27,307 bases of DNA, taken from contig JAUQQN010000003.1 of assembly GCA_030549845.1 (NCBI GenBank), positions 17,131 through 44,437 on the forward strand, read 5' to 3'. The translations under genes were made by a program, and so were the position numbers. Below are positions 9,088 to 19,648 of this stretch, in pieces. The first letter of the stretch is position 1, and each line of letters starts with the position of its first letter. Under the pieces are notes generated by a model. It saw nothing but the letters and a program-made list of their open reading frames with translations, ran no database searches and was not told where the DNA came from. The stretch comes from Patescibacteria group bacterium. GTDB lineage: Bacteria; Patescibacteriota; Minisyncoccia; UBA6257; HR35.

Positions 9088-9648
9088 ATGCCTAAAGTCT
9101 TAAAAATTTTCCTTGCTATAATTTTGGTTATTTTTGTCTCATTTTTGGTTTCTTTATATTTTAAAAAACCGCAAAAACCAGAAATTGTGGAGTTAAAAAA
9201 AGAATCTTCTGAAACTTCTTCTCCTTTATTTAAAAGATATACTATAGAATTTATAAAGCCTCCTACTACTTCTAAGCCCCTCTTAACTTATGAAGAAAAA
9301 CCTACAAATACTCAAGAAGCAACTATAGCTACCACAACATTTTCAGAGGCCGAAGAAATTTCTTTTTCGGAAATAGTTATAACCGCAAAAGAATTTGAAT
9401 TTGTACCTAATGAAATAAGAATTAAATCTGGAAATCCTGTTTTAATAATATTAAAAAATGAAGGGAAAATACCCTTTGATTTAAAAATTGTAGGAGATAA
9501 TTGGAGTGTTAAAACAGAACTTACTCCTCCAGATGGAGAATCTAAACTTGAAATAAAATTCCCAGAACCAGGAGAATATGAATTTTTCTCTACCACTCCT
9601 ATTGCTGTAGAAAAAAATATGAAAGGCAAAATTATAGTTGAACCTTGA
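9088..9648 (+). CDS. Membrane-anchored cupredoxin-like domain protein, apparently lacking type 1 copper ligands
   Basis: The track ORF starts at TTG 9085; the next codon is ATG 9088. Signal anchor ILVIFVSFLVSLYF, a Thr/Ser/Glu-rich linker, then FEFVPNEIRIKSGNPVLIILKNEG..PGEYEFFSTTPIAVEKNMKGKIIVE, which matches the cupredoxin strand pattern. Confidence 0.6.
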   Translation: MPKVLKIFLAIILVIFVSFLVSLYFKKPQKPEIVELKKESSETSSPLFKRYTIEFIKPPTTSKPLLTYEEKPTNTQEATIATTTFSEAEEISFSEIVITAKEFEFVPNEIRIKSGNPVLIILKNEGKIPFDLKIVGDNWSVKTELTPPDGESKLEIKFPEPGEYEFFSTTPIAVEKNMKGKIIVEP

Positions 9649-9654
9649 TTATTG

Positions 9655-9726
9655 AGCCAGGGACGGGATTCGAACCCGCGACCCCCGCATTACCAGAGCG
9701 GTGCTCTACCACTGAGCTACCCTGGC
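9655..9726 (-). tRNA. tRNA-Thr (anticodon GGU), no encoded CCA
   Basis: Reverse complement is GCCAGGGTAGCTCAGTGGTAGAGCACCGCTCTGGTAATGCGGGGGTCGCGGGTTCGAATCCCGTCCCTGGCT, 72 nt. Anticodon loop CTGGTAA. There is a U31-U39 mismatch at the base of the anticodon stem. Confidence 0.88.
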
Positions 9727-9770
9727 TGTTATTTATTATTTTTAAATATTATACACAAATAGCAAAAATA

Positions 9771-10958
9771 TTAAAAATGAGCATACGGAATGAGTGCCTT
9801 GTCTCCCACTAGCTCAAAAGATAGGTTTATAGGAATCCCCCCATCATTTTCTAATGCTTGGACTAATCTCTCTAATCTTTCGAAAAAACCAGCTAAGTCT
9901 TCTTCTGTAATTAATCTTATGTCTTCTAACATCCCTGTTAATCCCATTGCTTCTAACTCTTGTTTTAATTTTTCTCTGTTATTCAGTAGATTTTTAAGTT
10001 GTTCAACTAGTGGTATTATTATTTCTTTATTTTTTCTAATTTCGCTTATTTTCTTTTGGATCTTTGTAGCTTCTTCGCTTAAATTAACAATGTATCTATT
10101 GGTATACAAGATGTTTGATATAGCCCACATATAAAGAATATTTGGCAGACTACTTACTCTACTTAAAATTATTTCATCTTCTAAACAAGTATTTCCATTA
10201 TCAATTAAAAATACCCTTTGAATCTTATCATCTTCTAATTGAATTATTATATCTTCTTCACGCCGTCTTGTGCTGGCTAAAAGGTATTCTAAAATGCTTA
10301 TTTTATAAAATATTTCTGGATTTTCTAAAAGCCAATTTACAAAATTATTCAAAAAATTACTCTTTTGAATTTTCATTAATTTCCCTAATGTAAACCCGGC
10401 AATAAATGCCTGAAGGGATCCTCTAGTTTGAGTATATTCTATACCATTAACAACAATTGGTGGGTCAAAATTGATTTCTCTATAAACAGTAGGAGGAATT
10501 ATATTAAAACCAAGTTGTTTGTCAACTATTGAAGCAAAAATTTCTCTAGGATAATATGCAACATTTTCCCAAGGTGTACCTATTTTTGCATTTCCTGGTA
10601 TTGCTTTTATTTCAAAAGAAAGGGTTTTTTCGTGTGGTAAAAATTCTTGAATAAATTCTGACCTCAACCCCCAACCTTCTCCTTCGTAAAACTTATAAAT
10701 TCCTAAAATTTTATCGTTTTTGTTTTCTGGATCTACTATTTCTACCAAAATAGCGGATATTAAATTTTGGTGGGGTTCTATTTCAAAAAAATCCTCTAAT
10801 GGCCCCAATATCTCTATTTTTCCTTCCTTTAAAATCTTCTCTACATCCTCCGGAGACATGCAGGATATAATAGGTTTTTTATCTTTATCAAAGCCAGATA
10901 CTACGGGGAGTGAATCAGTTTTTGATTCTTTACTCTGAGGTCCTTCTTTATATCGCAT
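9771..10958 (-). CDS. PI3/PI4-kinase-fold protein (type II PI4K-like / SCO1664-like) with a non-canonical catalytic loop and a C-terminal coiled-coil region
   Basis: ATG at 10958, 10 nt downstream of the rtcB stop. Motifs recalled from the type II PI4K family: GIYKFYEGEGWG (cf. AVFKPKNEEPYG), REIFASIVDKQLGFNIIPPTVY (cf. [22 protein letters not shown]), RGSLQAFIAGF (cf. VGSFQLFVEGY), LEYLLASTRRREEDIII (cf. LDYIIRNTDRGNDNWLI), LIDNGNT (cf. IDNGLAF), LVQALENDGG (cf. LTQALKDNKS). Comparison is from memory only and was not computed. Confidence 0.6.
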   Translation of the reverse strand: MRYKEGPQSKESKTDSLPVVSGFDKDKKPIISCMSPEDVEKILKEGKIEILGPLEDFFEIEPHQNLISAILVEIVDPENKNDKILGIYKFYEGEGWGLRSEFIQEFLPHEKTLSFEIKAIPGNAKIGTPWENVAYYPREIFASIVDKQLGFNIIPPTVYREINFDPPIVVNGIEYTQTRGSLQAFIAGFTLGKLMKIQKSNFLNNFVNWLLENPEIFYKISILEYLLASTRRREEDIIIQLEDDKIQRVFLIDNGNTCLEDEIILSRVSSLPNILYMWAISNILYTNRYIVNLSEEATKIQKKISEIRKNKEIIIPLVEQLKNLLNNREKLKQELEAMGLTGMLEDIRLITEEDLAGFFERLERLVQALENDGGIPINLSFELVGDKALIPYAHF

Positions 10959-10968
10959 TGTTAATTGA

Positions 10969-12405
10969 TTATCCTTTTATAATTCCAATTGGCACTAATT
11001 TGACGATTTTTTTAGCAATACCAATATTATGAACCACTTCTACTACTTCTGAAACATCCTTATAAGCTTCAGGTGCCTCCTCAGCTAAACCTGACATACT
11101 TCCTGCAGCAACTGTAATTCCTCTAGCTTCTAATTCTTTTTTAAGTTCTGAACCTCTAATTTTTCTTTTTGCCTCAGCTCTTGACATTGTTCTGCCTGCG
11201 CCGTGAGGAGAGGACCCAAAAGAAATCTCCATAGATAAAGGCTCGCCAATTAAAACATAACTTGCTGTACCCATTGATCCAGGAATTAATGTTGGCTGGC
11301 CTATCTCTCTGTATTTTTCTGGAAGTTCTGGATTCCCAGCTGGAAAAGATCTTGTTGCTCCCTTTCTATGAACTAAAAGTTTCTTCTCATCATAAGCTTC
11401 TTCTTTGACAATATTATGAGCAACATCATAAATCTGTTTTAAGTTAATTTCTTTTCCAAAAACTTTTTTAAAAGCTTTTCTTACCTCATAGGCAATGAGC
11501 TGCCTATTAGCAAATGCAAAATTAGCTGAAGCTTTCATTGCTGAAAAATAATTTTTACCTAATTCACTATCGAATAGAAAATAAGCAAGTTCTTTATCTA
11601 CTAAATCAATTTTTTGTTTTTCAAGATACCTTAAGGCTTCTCTTATATAATCAGTTGCTACCTGATGACCCAAACCTCTGCTTCCACAATGAATTAAAAT
11701 AGTTATTTTATTCTTTTCCAATCCTAATAGTTTAGCTAGTGTATCATCAAAAACTTCTGCCACCCTTTGAATTTCAACAAAGTGATTCCCTGCTCCAATT
11801 GTTCCTAATTGATCTCTACCTCTTTCTTTTGCATGATTAGAAACATCTACTGGATCTGCATTTTCTAAACTGCCATAGCTTTCAGTTGCTTCTAGATCTT
11901 CTTTTTCTGCATAACCAATATTGTATAACCATTTTGCTCCTTCAGATAAAACTTTGTTCATCTCATCATTATTTAATTTCCAAAAACCTCCTCGTCCAAC
12001 ACCAGAAGGTACTTCTTTAAAAATTTGTTCTGTCAACTTTGGTATTTTATCCTTGATCTCTTCGTAAAAAAACGGAGAAACCAAAAGCCGAACACCACAG
12101 TTAATATCATATCCACAAATTCCTGGCGAGATTATACCCTCTTCTTTTATAAAACCAGCCACTCCTCCTACAGGAGATCCGTATCCTTCATGAATATCCG
12201 GCATAGCTAATGCATATTTATAAATTCCAGGAAGAGTAGTCAGATTTACTAATTGCCATAGGCTTCTATCTTTGAATAATTCATCCAACATTTTTTCAGA
12301 AGCAAAAATTCTTGCTGGCACTTTCATGTCTTCTCGAAAGCTTTTAGGGATTTCCCAAATATAATCGCTGATTTTTATTAAGTCTTCCTTTTGAGGTATC
12401 TTCAT
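10969..12405 (-). CDS. rtcB: RNA 3'-phosphate/5'-OH ligase RtcB (long, archaeal/eukaryal-type)
   Basis: Family motifs MPDIHEGYG, GYDINCGVR, GAGNHFVEIQ, HCGSRGLGHQ, PHGAGR. The track start at 12423 is a TTG. I prefer ATG 12405 (MKIPQKED..), which lies 2 nt after the atpC stop. Confidence 0.93.
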   Translation of the reverse strand: MKIPQKEDLIKISDYIWEIPKSFREDMKVPARIFASEKMLDELFKDRSLWQLVNLTTLPGIYKYALAMPDIHEGYGSPVGGVAGFIKEEGIISPGICGYDINCGVRLLVSPFFYEEIKDKIPKLTEQIFKEVPSGVGRGGFWKLNNDEMNKVLSEGAKWLYNIGYAEKEDLEATESYGSLENADPVDVSNHAKERGRDQLGTIGAGNHFVEIQRVAEVFDDTLAKLLGLEKNKITILIHCGSRGLGHQVATDYIREALRYLEKQKIDLVDKELAYFLFDSELGKNYFSAMKASANFAFANRQLIAYEVRKAFKKVFGKEINLKQIYDVAHNIVKEEAYDEKKLLVHRKGATRSFPAGNPELPEKYREIGQPTLIPGSMGTASYVLIGEPLSMEISFGSSPHGAGRTMSRAEAKRKIRGSELKKELEARGITVAAGSMSGLAEEAPEAYKDVSEVVEVVHNIGIAKKIVKLVPIGIIKG

Positions 12406-12407
12406 TT

Positions 12408-14071
<1,664 letters not shown>

Positions 14072-14764
14072 ATGATAGAAATTCGATCGGAAAAAATTTT
14101 TGAAATTTACGGATTCCCAATAACTAATACGCTTCTTACTTCGTGGTTAACTTTTGTTTTGCTTTCATTAATTATATTTATTTTAAAAAAATCTCTTAAA
14201 AATAGGCCTTTTAAACTTCAAGCTCTTGCTGAGATATTGTTGGAAAATACCTATAATTTTTTGCATTCAATCTTTGGAGAAAATTTTAACTTAAAGATTT
14301 TTTCTTTTATTTTGACATTTTTTCTTTTTATATTATTTTCGAATTGGCTTGGGATCCTTCCCATAGTAGGAAGTATTTATATACAAGAAGGTGAACAAAA
14401 AGTTCCGATTTTTCGGTCAACATACTCTGATTTAAATATGACATTAGCATTAGCTTTAATTTCTGTAATAGGAACCAATCTATTAGGAATTTTAAATTTT
14501 GGAATAAAATTTATCAAAAGGTATACAAATCCAATAGGAATACTTGAATTATTCGGTGAATTTGCTAAAATATTATCTTTTAGTTTTAGGTTATTTGGAA
14601 ATATATTTGCTGGCGAGGTACTTTTAACAATAATTGCTGGTTTGTTTGTACTTTTTGCCCCTATTCCCTTTTTGGGTTTAGAGTTGTTTGTAGGATTGAT
14701 TCAAGCATTAATTTTTGCAGTATTAACTACAATATTTTTAAAGGTCGCCTTAAGTGAACATTAA
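14072..14764 (+). CDS. atpB: Fo ATP synthase subunit a
   Basis: Polytopic membrane protein with the conserved FRLFGNIFAGE (essential Arg) motif. First gene of the plus-strand atp block. Confidence 0.9.
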   Translation: MIEIRSEKIFEIYGFPITNTLLTSWLTFVLLSLIIFILKKSLKNRPFKLQALAEILLENTYNFLHSIFGENFNLKIFSFILTFFLFILFSNWLGILPIVGSIYIQEGEQKVPIFRSTYSDLNMTLALALISVIGTNLLGILNFGIKFIKRYTNPIGILELFGEFAKILSFSFRLFGNIFAGEVLLTIIAGLFVLFAPIPFLGLELFVGLIQALIFAVLTTIFLKVALSEH

Positions 14765-14767
14765 AAA

Positions 14768-14995
14768 ATGGATCCGGTAATTATAAAAAACATAGTTGCG
14801 GGTTTAACAGTAGCAATTGGGGTAATATTCCCAGCAATTGCAATAGGTAAAATTGGTACAGAAGCTATGAAAGCAATTGGTAGAAATCCAGAGGCAGCTT
14901 CTAAGGTTCAAACTGCGATGATTTTATCAATTGCCTTTGCTGAAGCAATTGCAATTTATGTGTTAGTAATAGCATTGATAGTAAAATTCTCCTAA
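14768..14995 (+). CDS. atpE: Fo ATP synthase subunit c (H+-type ion site)
   Basis: Two-helix hairpin, polar loop GRNPEA, carboxylate in AFAEAIAIY. Confidence 0.9.
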   Translation: MDPVIIKNIVAGLTVAIGVIFPAIAIGKIGTEAMKAIGRNPEAASKVQTAMILSIAFAEAIAIYVLVIALIVKFS

Positions 14996-15004
14996 ATTTT
15001 AATA

Positions 15005-15487
15005 ATGGAAGAGCTTTTTCATACATTTGGGATAGATTGGCGGCTTCTTATTGCTCAAATTATCAATTTTTTTCTATTATTTTTCTTAGTTTATAAATTT
15101 TTATCTAAACCTTTGTATGAAATAATTGAAAAAAGAAGAAAAGAAATTGAAGAAGGATATAAGAATAAAGAAGAGGCTGAGAAATTGATAAAAGAAATTT
15201 ACCGACTAAGAGAAGAAATTTTGAAAAAGGCTGAAATAGAAAAGGAAGAGATGCTGCGATCTGCATACCAGGAAAGAGAAAGCTTAATTAAAAATTTCTT
15301 AGAAGAAGTTGATAAACTAAGAAAGGAATTTAACGAAAAATTTGAGAAAGAAAAAGAAATAATGAAAAAAAACTTCTATTTGGAAATGGAAAAAGAAATA
15401 CCTAAAATATTAGAAAAGTTTGCTCAAAAAGTTTTTCATGATTCTAAATTAAATAAAGAATTCATTAAAAGAATCTTAAATGAATGA
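15005..15487 (+). CDS. atpF: Fo ATP synthase subunit b
   Basis: Single N-terminal TM helix (LIAQIINFFLLFFLVY) followed by a long charged helix. Position between atpE and atpH. Confidence 0.8.
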   Translation: MEELFHTFGIDWRLLIAQIINFFLLFFLVYKFLSKPLYEIIEKRRKEIEEGYKNKEEAEKLIKEIYRLREEILKKAEIEKEEMLRSAYQERESLIKNFLEEVDKLRKEFNEKFEKEKEIMKKNFYLEMEKEIPKILEKFAQKVFHDSKLNKEFIKRILNE

Positions 15488-15845
15488 AGGAAAAATTTAC
15501 AGTGAATTAATTTATAAACTATTTAAAGAAGGGAAGGTAAATTTTATAGATTTGGTTATAAAAAAAATAAAAAATGAAGGTAAAAGTCATATATTGAGAG
15601 ATATTTTAAGTTATGTTTTAGAAAAATACTACGAAGAAAAGAATTTACTTAGAGGAAAAATAAAACTAGCATTTAAAGAAGATTTAGAAGAAGTAATAAA
15701 TTTATTAGAAAAAAAATTGAAAAAGCGGGTAGAAGTTGAAAAAATAGAAATAGATAAAAGTTTAATTTTAGGTGGGATTTTTTTGAGTAAAAACTTGAAA
15801 GTTGATTTTTCTTTAAAAAAGATATTAAAAACATTTATATCATAA
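15480..15845 (+). CDS. atpH: F1 ATP synthase delta (OSCP) subunit, shortened (121 aa)
   Basis: Position between atpF and atpA, overlapping atpF by 8 nt. C-terminal IDKSLILGGIFLSKNLKVDFSLKKIL matches the delta consensus (sLiGG..v..g..v.D.S). Confidence 0.65.
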   Translation: MNEGKIYSELIYKLFKEGKVNFIDLVIKKIKNEGKSHILRDILSYVLEKYYEEKNLLRGKIKLAFKEDLEEVINLLEKKLKKRVEVEKIEIDKSLILGGIFLSKNLKVDFSLKKILKTFIS

Positions 15846-17342
15846 ATGGATGATTTAAGATTTTTAATCGAAAAATTAGAAAGAGAGATTGAAAAAATTG
15901 AAGTAAAGAGTGAAGTTGAAGAAATAGGCAGGGTCTTAAAAGTAGGTGATGGTATTGCATGGATTGATGGCCTCGAAAAAACCCAAGTTTCTGAAGTTCT
16001 AATGATAGAAGAAAAAAAGATTTTACTCCTAGCACTTAATTTAGAAGAGGGGCTTATAGGAGCTGCTGTTTTAAATGATTTTGAGCGAATAAAAGAAGGG
16101 GATATTGTAAAAAGAACTTATCAAGTAATCCAAATACCAGTAGGAGAAAATTTAATAGGAAGAGTAATAGATCCCCTAGGAAGGCCTTTAGATAATCTAG
16201 GGGAAATTTTTACAAATGAATTTTATCCACTTGAAAGACCTGCTCCAAATGTAATCGAAAGAGAACCAGTAAATACACCACTTCATACAGGAATAAAAAT
16301 TATTGATGCATTAATACCAATTGGTAGAGGGCAAAGAGAATTGATTTTAGGAGATAGACAAACAGGAAAGACTTCAATTGCTCTGGATCTTATATTAAAC
16401 CAAAAACAGGATCCTCTTGAAACTCCAATCTGTATTTACGTAGCAATTGGGCAGCGAGCTTCAAAACTACGAAGGATTTATGAGGTTTTAAAAAAAGAAG
16501 GTGCTATGGATTATACAATTATTGTAGCGACTTCACCATCTGATCTGCCTATTTTGCTTTATTTAGCACCTTATGCAGGTTGTTCGATAGGAGAATATTT
16601 TAGAGATAAAGGACAAGATGCTGTTGTTATTTACGATGATTTAACAAAACATGCTTGGGCATGGAGAGAAATTAGTTTGCTTTTAAAAAGGCCTGCAGGT
16701 AGAGAGGCTTATCCAGGTGATATTTTTTATAATCATTCAAGGTTATTAGAAAGAGCAGCAAAATTAAAAAACGGAGGGAGCCTAACTGCTATTCCAATTT
16801 GTGAAACACAATTAGGAGACATTACTGCTTACATTCCTACAAATTTAATCTCTATAACTGATGGGCAAATTTATTTAGAAACAGAACTTTTTAATGCTGG
16901 TTTTAGACCTGCTATAAACATTGGGCTTTCTGTATCAAGAGTAGGTTCTAAAGCTCAAACGAAAATAATCAAAAAAATAGCTGGTAGACTAAAGTTAGAC
17001 TTAGCTCAATATAGAGAACTTGAAGCATTTGCAAAAGTAGCTACAGAATTAGCAGAAGAAAGTCAAAAAAAGTTAATTAGAGGGAGGGTGATAATGGAGC
17101 TTTTAAAACAAGCAAATTTTGAACCTTTATCTTTTGAAAAAATGGCTGTTTTGCTTTATGCAGCTGTAAATGGTTATTTAGATGAAATACCTTTGGAAAA
17201 AATTAAAGAAATTGAAAAAAAATTATTAGAAAAATTAGAAATTGATGGAAAAGAGATATTAGAAAAAATAAAGAAAGAGAAAGATTTAAATGAAGAAATT
17301 GAAAATCAATTAAAGGAATTTTTGATAAAAGAAATCAAATGA
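15846..17342 (+). CDS. atpA: F1 ATP synthase alpha subunit
   Basis: Walker A GDRQTGKTSIALD, VYDDLTKHA, REAYPGDIFYNHSRLLERA. Confidence 0.97.
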   Translation: MDDLRFLIEKLEREIEKIEVKSEVEEIGRVLKVGDGIAWIDGLEKTQVSEVLMIEEKKILLLALNLEEGLIGAAVLNDFERIKEGDIVKRTYQVIQIPVGENLIGRVIDPLGRPLDNLGEIFTNEFYPLERPAPNVIEREPVNTPLHTGIKIIDALIPIGRGQRELILGDRQTGKTSIALDLILNQKQDPLETPICIYVAIGQRASKLRRIYEVLKKEGAMDYTIIVATSPSDLPILLYLAPYAGCSIGEYFRDKGQDAVVIYDDLTKHAWAWREISLLLKRPAGREAYPGDIFYNHSRLLERAAKLKNGGSLTAIPICETQLGDITAYIPTNLISITDGQIYLETELFNAGFRPAINIGLSVSRVGSKAQTKIIKKIAGRLKLDLAQYRELEAFAKVATELAEESQKKLIRGRVIMELLKQANFEPLSFEKMAVLLYAAVNGYLDEIPLEKIKEIEKKLLEKLEIDGKEILEKIKKEKDLNEEIENQLKEFLIKEIK

Positions 17343-18256
17343 AGTTTCTTTCTTTAAGAAAATTAAGATTGAGATTAAAATTTTTAGAAAATTTTCAGAA
17401 AATAACAAAGTCAGTAGGCCTTATTTCTGCAACAAGATACAGAAAGGCGTATCAAAAAATTTCACAAATTTTAGCAAGTTCCTATTATCTTATAACTTTG
17501 TTTAAGGAGATCTTAAAAAGAAATCCTTCATTAAATAAGAAAATCAAAGAAAAGTTTAAATTTTATAAAACTAATAAAGTTTTGGTAGTTACTATTGCTT
17601 CTGACAGAGGGCTTGCTGGTGCTTTTGATATAAGTATATTTGAAAAAACTAAAAATCTATTAAAAAAATTAAAAGAAGCTAATAAAGAAGTATTACTCGG
17701 CGTAATCGGCAAAAAAGCTGAAAATTATTTCAAAAAACGATTAAGCTTATTATTTTCTTTCAGTAAATTTGAGGGACTATTCCCTGACCAATTTGCAAAA
17801 GAAATTATTTCTTATCTTAGATTTTTAATTGAAGAACAAAAAATAGAAGAAATCATCTTCATAGTACCAAACTTAACTTCTGCAGGTTACTTTGTTGAAG
17901 AAATAAAAATATTCCCATTTAATCTAGAAACATTAGAGGATATTATTGAAAAAATTCTTCCTAGAATAAAAGAATGGCAAAAATTAAAAGAAGAAAAAAT
18001 TTTTAAATATGAATTTGAATATATATTAGAACCATCCCCAGATAAAGTTTTAGAAGTAATTTTAGAAAATGTTTTTTATGCATTAATTTATGTTATCATT
18101 TTAGAAGCGCAAGCTAGCTTAGAGCTTGCAAGAACAATTACAATGCAGAGAGCAGAAAAGAATTCAGAAGAACTAATTAACAAAACAAGAATTGACTACA
18201 ATAAATTAAGGCAAAATAAAATTACTCAAGAAATCTTAGACACAATAAGGATTTAA
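17339..18256 (+). CDS. atpG: F1 ATP synthase gamma subunit
   Basis: ATGA overlap with atpA. N-terminal LRLRLKFLENFQKITKSVGLISATRYRKA and C-terminal ELINKTRIDYNKLRQNKITQEILD helices typical of gamma. Confidence 0.85.
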   Translation: MKFLSLRKLRLRLKFLENFQKITKSVGLISATRYRKAYQKISQILASSYYLITLFKEILKRNPSLNKKIKEKFKFYKTNKVLVVTIASDRGLAGAFDISIFEKTKNLLKKLKEANKEVLLGVIGKKAENYFKKRLSLLFSFSKFEGLFPDQFAKEIISYLRFLIEEQKIEEIIFIVPNLTSAGYFVEEIKIFPFNLETLEDIIEKILPRIKEWQKLKEEKIFKYEFEYILEPSPDKVLEVILENVFYALIYVIILEAQASLELARTITMQRAEKNSEELINKTRIDYNKLRQNKITQEILDTIRI

Positions 18257-18284
18257 AGAAAATTTAATTTTAATTTTGTAAGAT

Positions 18285-18413
18285 TTATGGAGCATATAAA
18301 GGAGGGGGGATTTTAATTTCCTCAAAGATAGATTTTTCTTTGAAAAATATGTTATAAATTAAAAAAGCTGATAAAATGATTATTAAAAGCAGAATAATTA
18401 AAAATATTTTCAT
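18285..18413 (-). CDS. Possible 42-aa single-pass membrane peptide (below the ORF-track size cut-off)
   Basis: Hand translation: MKIFLIILLLIIILSAFLIYNIFFKEKSIFEEIKIPPPLYAP*. It lies in the otherwise empty 180-nt atpG/mutase gap. No clear RBS. It could be a chance ORF in AT-rich DNA. Confidence 0.25.
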   Translation of the reverse strand: MKIFLIILLLIIILSAFLIYNIFFKEKSIFEEIKIPPPLYAP

Positions 18414-18436
18414 TTTCTTTAAAATTATATTTCAAA

Positions 18437-19648
18437 ATGCTTATTTCTTATGATGTAAGAGGAATTTATCCAGATGAAATTAATGAAAGTACTGTTAAGT
18501 TTTTTGCTAAGAAATTTTACAATTTCCTAAAAAGGAAGAAGATACACCCACAAATATTTTTAGCAATTGATCAACGAAACTCTTCAATAAACTTAGCAAG
18601 TGCTTTTTGTGATTCTTATATAAGTTATGGAAAAGGTAGTATTGAATATTTGGGTATTTTGCCTGTTCCTATTTTTTATTATTATTGTTTAAAAAATCAA
18701 AAAGCAGGAGTTATGGTAACTGCTTCTCATCTTCCATCTAGATTTAATGGGCTTAAATTTTTTCTTCCTAATGGAGAAAGTTGGATTTATAAAGGTAAGA
18801 TTCCATCAAAAATAAAAAGTAAAAGAGCATCCAAAGTTAGATATAAAAATGTTGTCTTTGAAAATATTTATGAAGAATACATTTTTGATATTAAGAAATT
18901 TTACAAATTAAAAGATAACCACTATTTAAATGCAAACGAAAAAGATACTTTTGTGAATTATTTTTTGTTTAAGTCCCTAGAAAAAATTGAGAAAAAAATA
19001 AAAATTAAAACGAACAGCAACTTAAAGGTAATGTCTGATTTTGATGGGGATAGACTCTGGGTAATTTATAAAAATGAAACTATTCTGCCAGAGCAAATTC
19101 TTTACGCAATTTTAAAATTAGGTTATTATAAAAAAATCGGCGTTCCATTAAATATAAGTAAAAAAATTTTAGAAACCTTTAAAGGTTTAAATTTTGTTTT
19201 TATCCCAACGGGACATAGTAATTTTAAAAAAGCATTTAAAAAATATAAATTGGATTTTGCATTTGAACCAACTTTTCACTATTATTTTTTTAAAGAAATT
19301 AAAACAGAAAGTCCTTTAATAGGTTTTTTGAGATTTCTTGAGTATATAGAAAGATTCGGGTTTGAAGAAATCTTAAAAAATAAATTTTATGTTAAAAGAT
19401 TTGAGGTTAAAAATAGATTGGATATTGAAAGAATATCTGATCTTCTTAAAAAGGATGGGTTTAGAGTAAAAAAATTTGACGGATTTAATTTTACTAAGTA
19501 TAATAATAAAGATTATTTTGTTGTGCATATAAGAAAATCAAAAACAGAAAAAAATGTTTTTAGGTTATTTTTAGAAGCTTCTTCTGAAAGCGGTTTAAGA
19601 TTTTTACAAAAGTTGATTATAAAAATTATTAAAAATGGAAATAATTGA
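18437..19648 (+). CDS. Alpha-D-phosphohexomutase family protein (GlmM/ManB-like), divergent motifs
   Basis: Phosphoserine loop VTASHLPSRFNGLKF, metal loop DFDGDR, sugar loop FEPTFH (canonical GEESGH), phosphate loop RKSKTEKNVFRLFLEA (canonical R.SGTEP..R.y.E). Confidence 0.72.
   Translation: MLISYDVRGIYPDEINESTVKFFAKKFYNFLKRKKIHPQIFLAIDQRNSSINLASAFCDSYISYGKGSIEYLGILPVPIFYYYCLKNQKAGVMVTASHLPSRFNGLKFFLPNGESWIYKGKIPSKIKSKRASKVRYKNVVFENIYEEYIFDIKKFYKLKDNHYLNANEKDTFVNYFLFKSLEKIEKKIKIKTNSNLKVMSDFDGDRLWVIYKNETILPEQILYAILKLGYYKKIGVPLNISKKILETFKGLNFVFIPTGHSNFKKAFKKYKLDFAFEPTFHYYFFKEIKTESPLIGFLRFLEYIERFGFEEILKNKFYVKRFEVKNRLDIERISDLLKKDGFRVKKFDGFNFTKYNNKDYFVVHIRKSKTEKNVFRLFLEASSESGLRFLQKLIIKIIKNGNN

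Noticed and set aside
9312-9629. 105-aa minus-strand ORF
   Set aside because: It is antisense to the cupredoxin-like gene. The plus frame has a signal anchor and a recognisable fold pattern. The minus frame is Ser-rich with no features.
9790-10938. Three plus-strand ORFs (9790..10134, 10142..10393, 10720..10938)
   Set aside because: All are antisense within the 395-aa kinase-fold ORF. That ORF is continuous and motif-bearing, and it is tightly spaced after rtcB.
12025-12210. 61-aa plus-strand ORF
   Set aside because: It is antisense inside rtcB.
14768-14995. Na+-translocating c subunit
   Set aside because: The ion-site helix reads AFAEAIAIY. It has no Ser/Thr after the Glu and no Gln in helix 1, which is the pattern of H+-coupled c subunits.
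15835-16035. 66-aa minus-strand ORF
   Set aside because: It is antisense across the atpH/atpA junction.
18299-18305. Strong AAGGAGG Shine-Dalgarno sequence implying a plus-strand gene
   Set aside because: No ATG, GTG or TTG lies within a usable distance downstream, and the following frame hits a stop quickly. The sequence is the complement of the Pro-Pro-Pro codons of the candidate minus-strand peptide.
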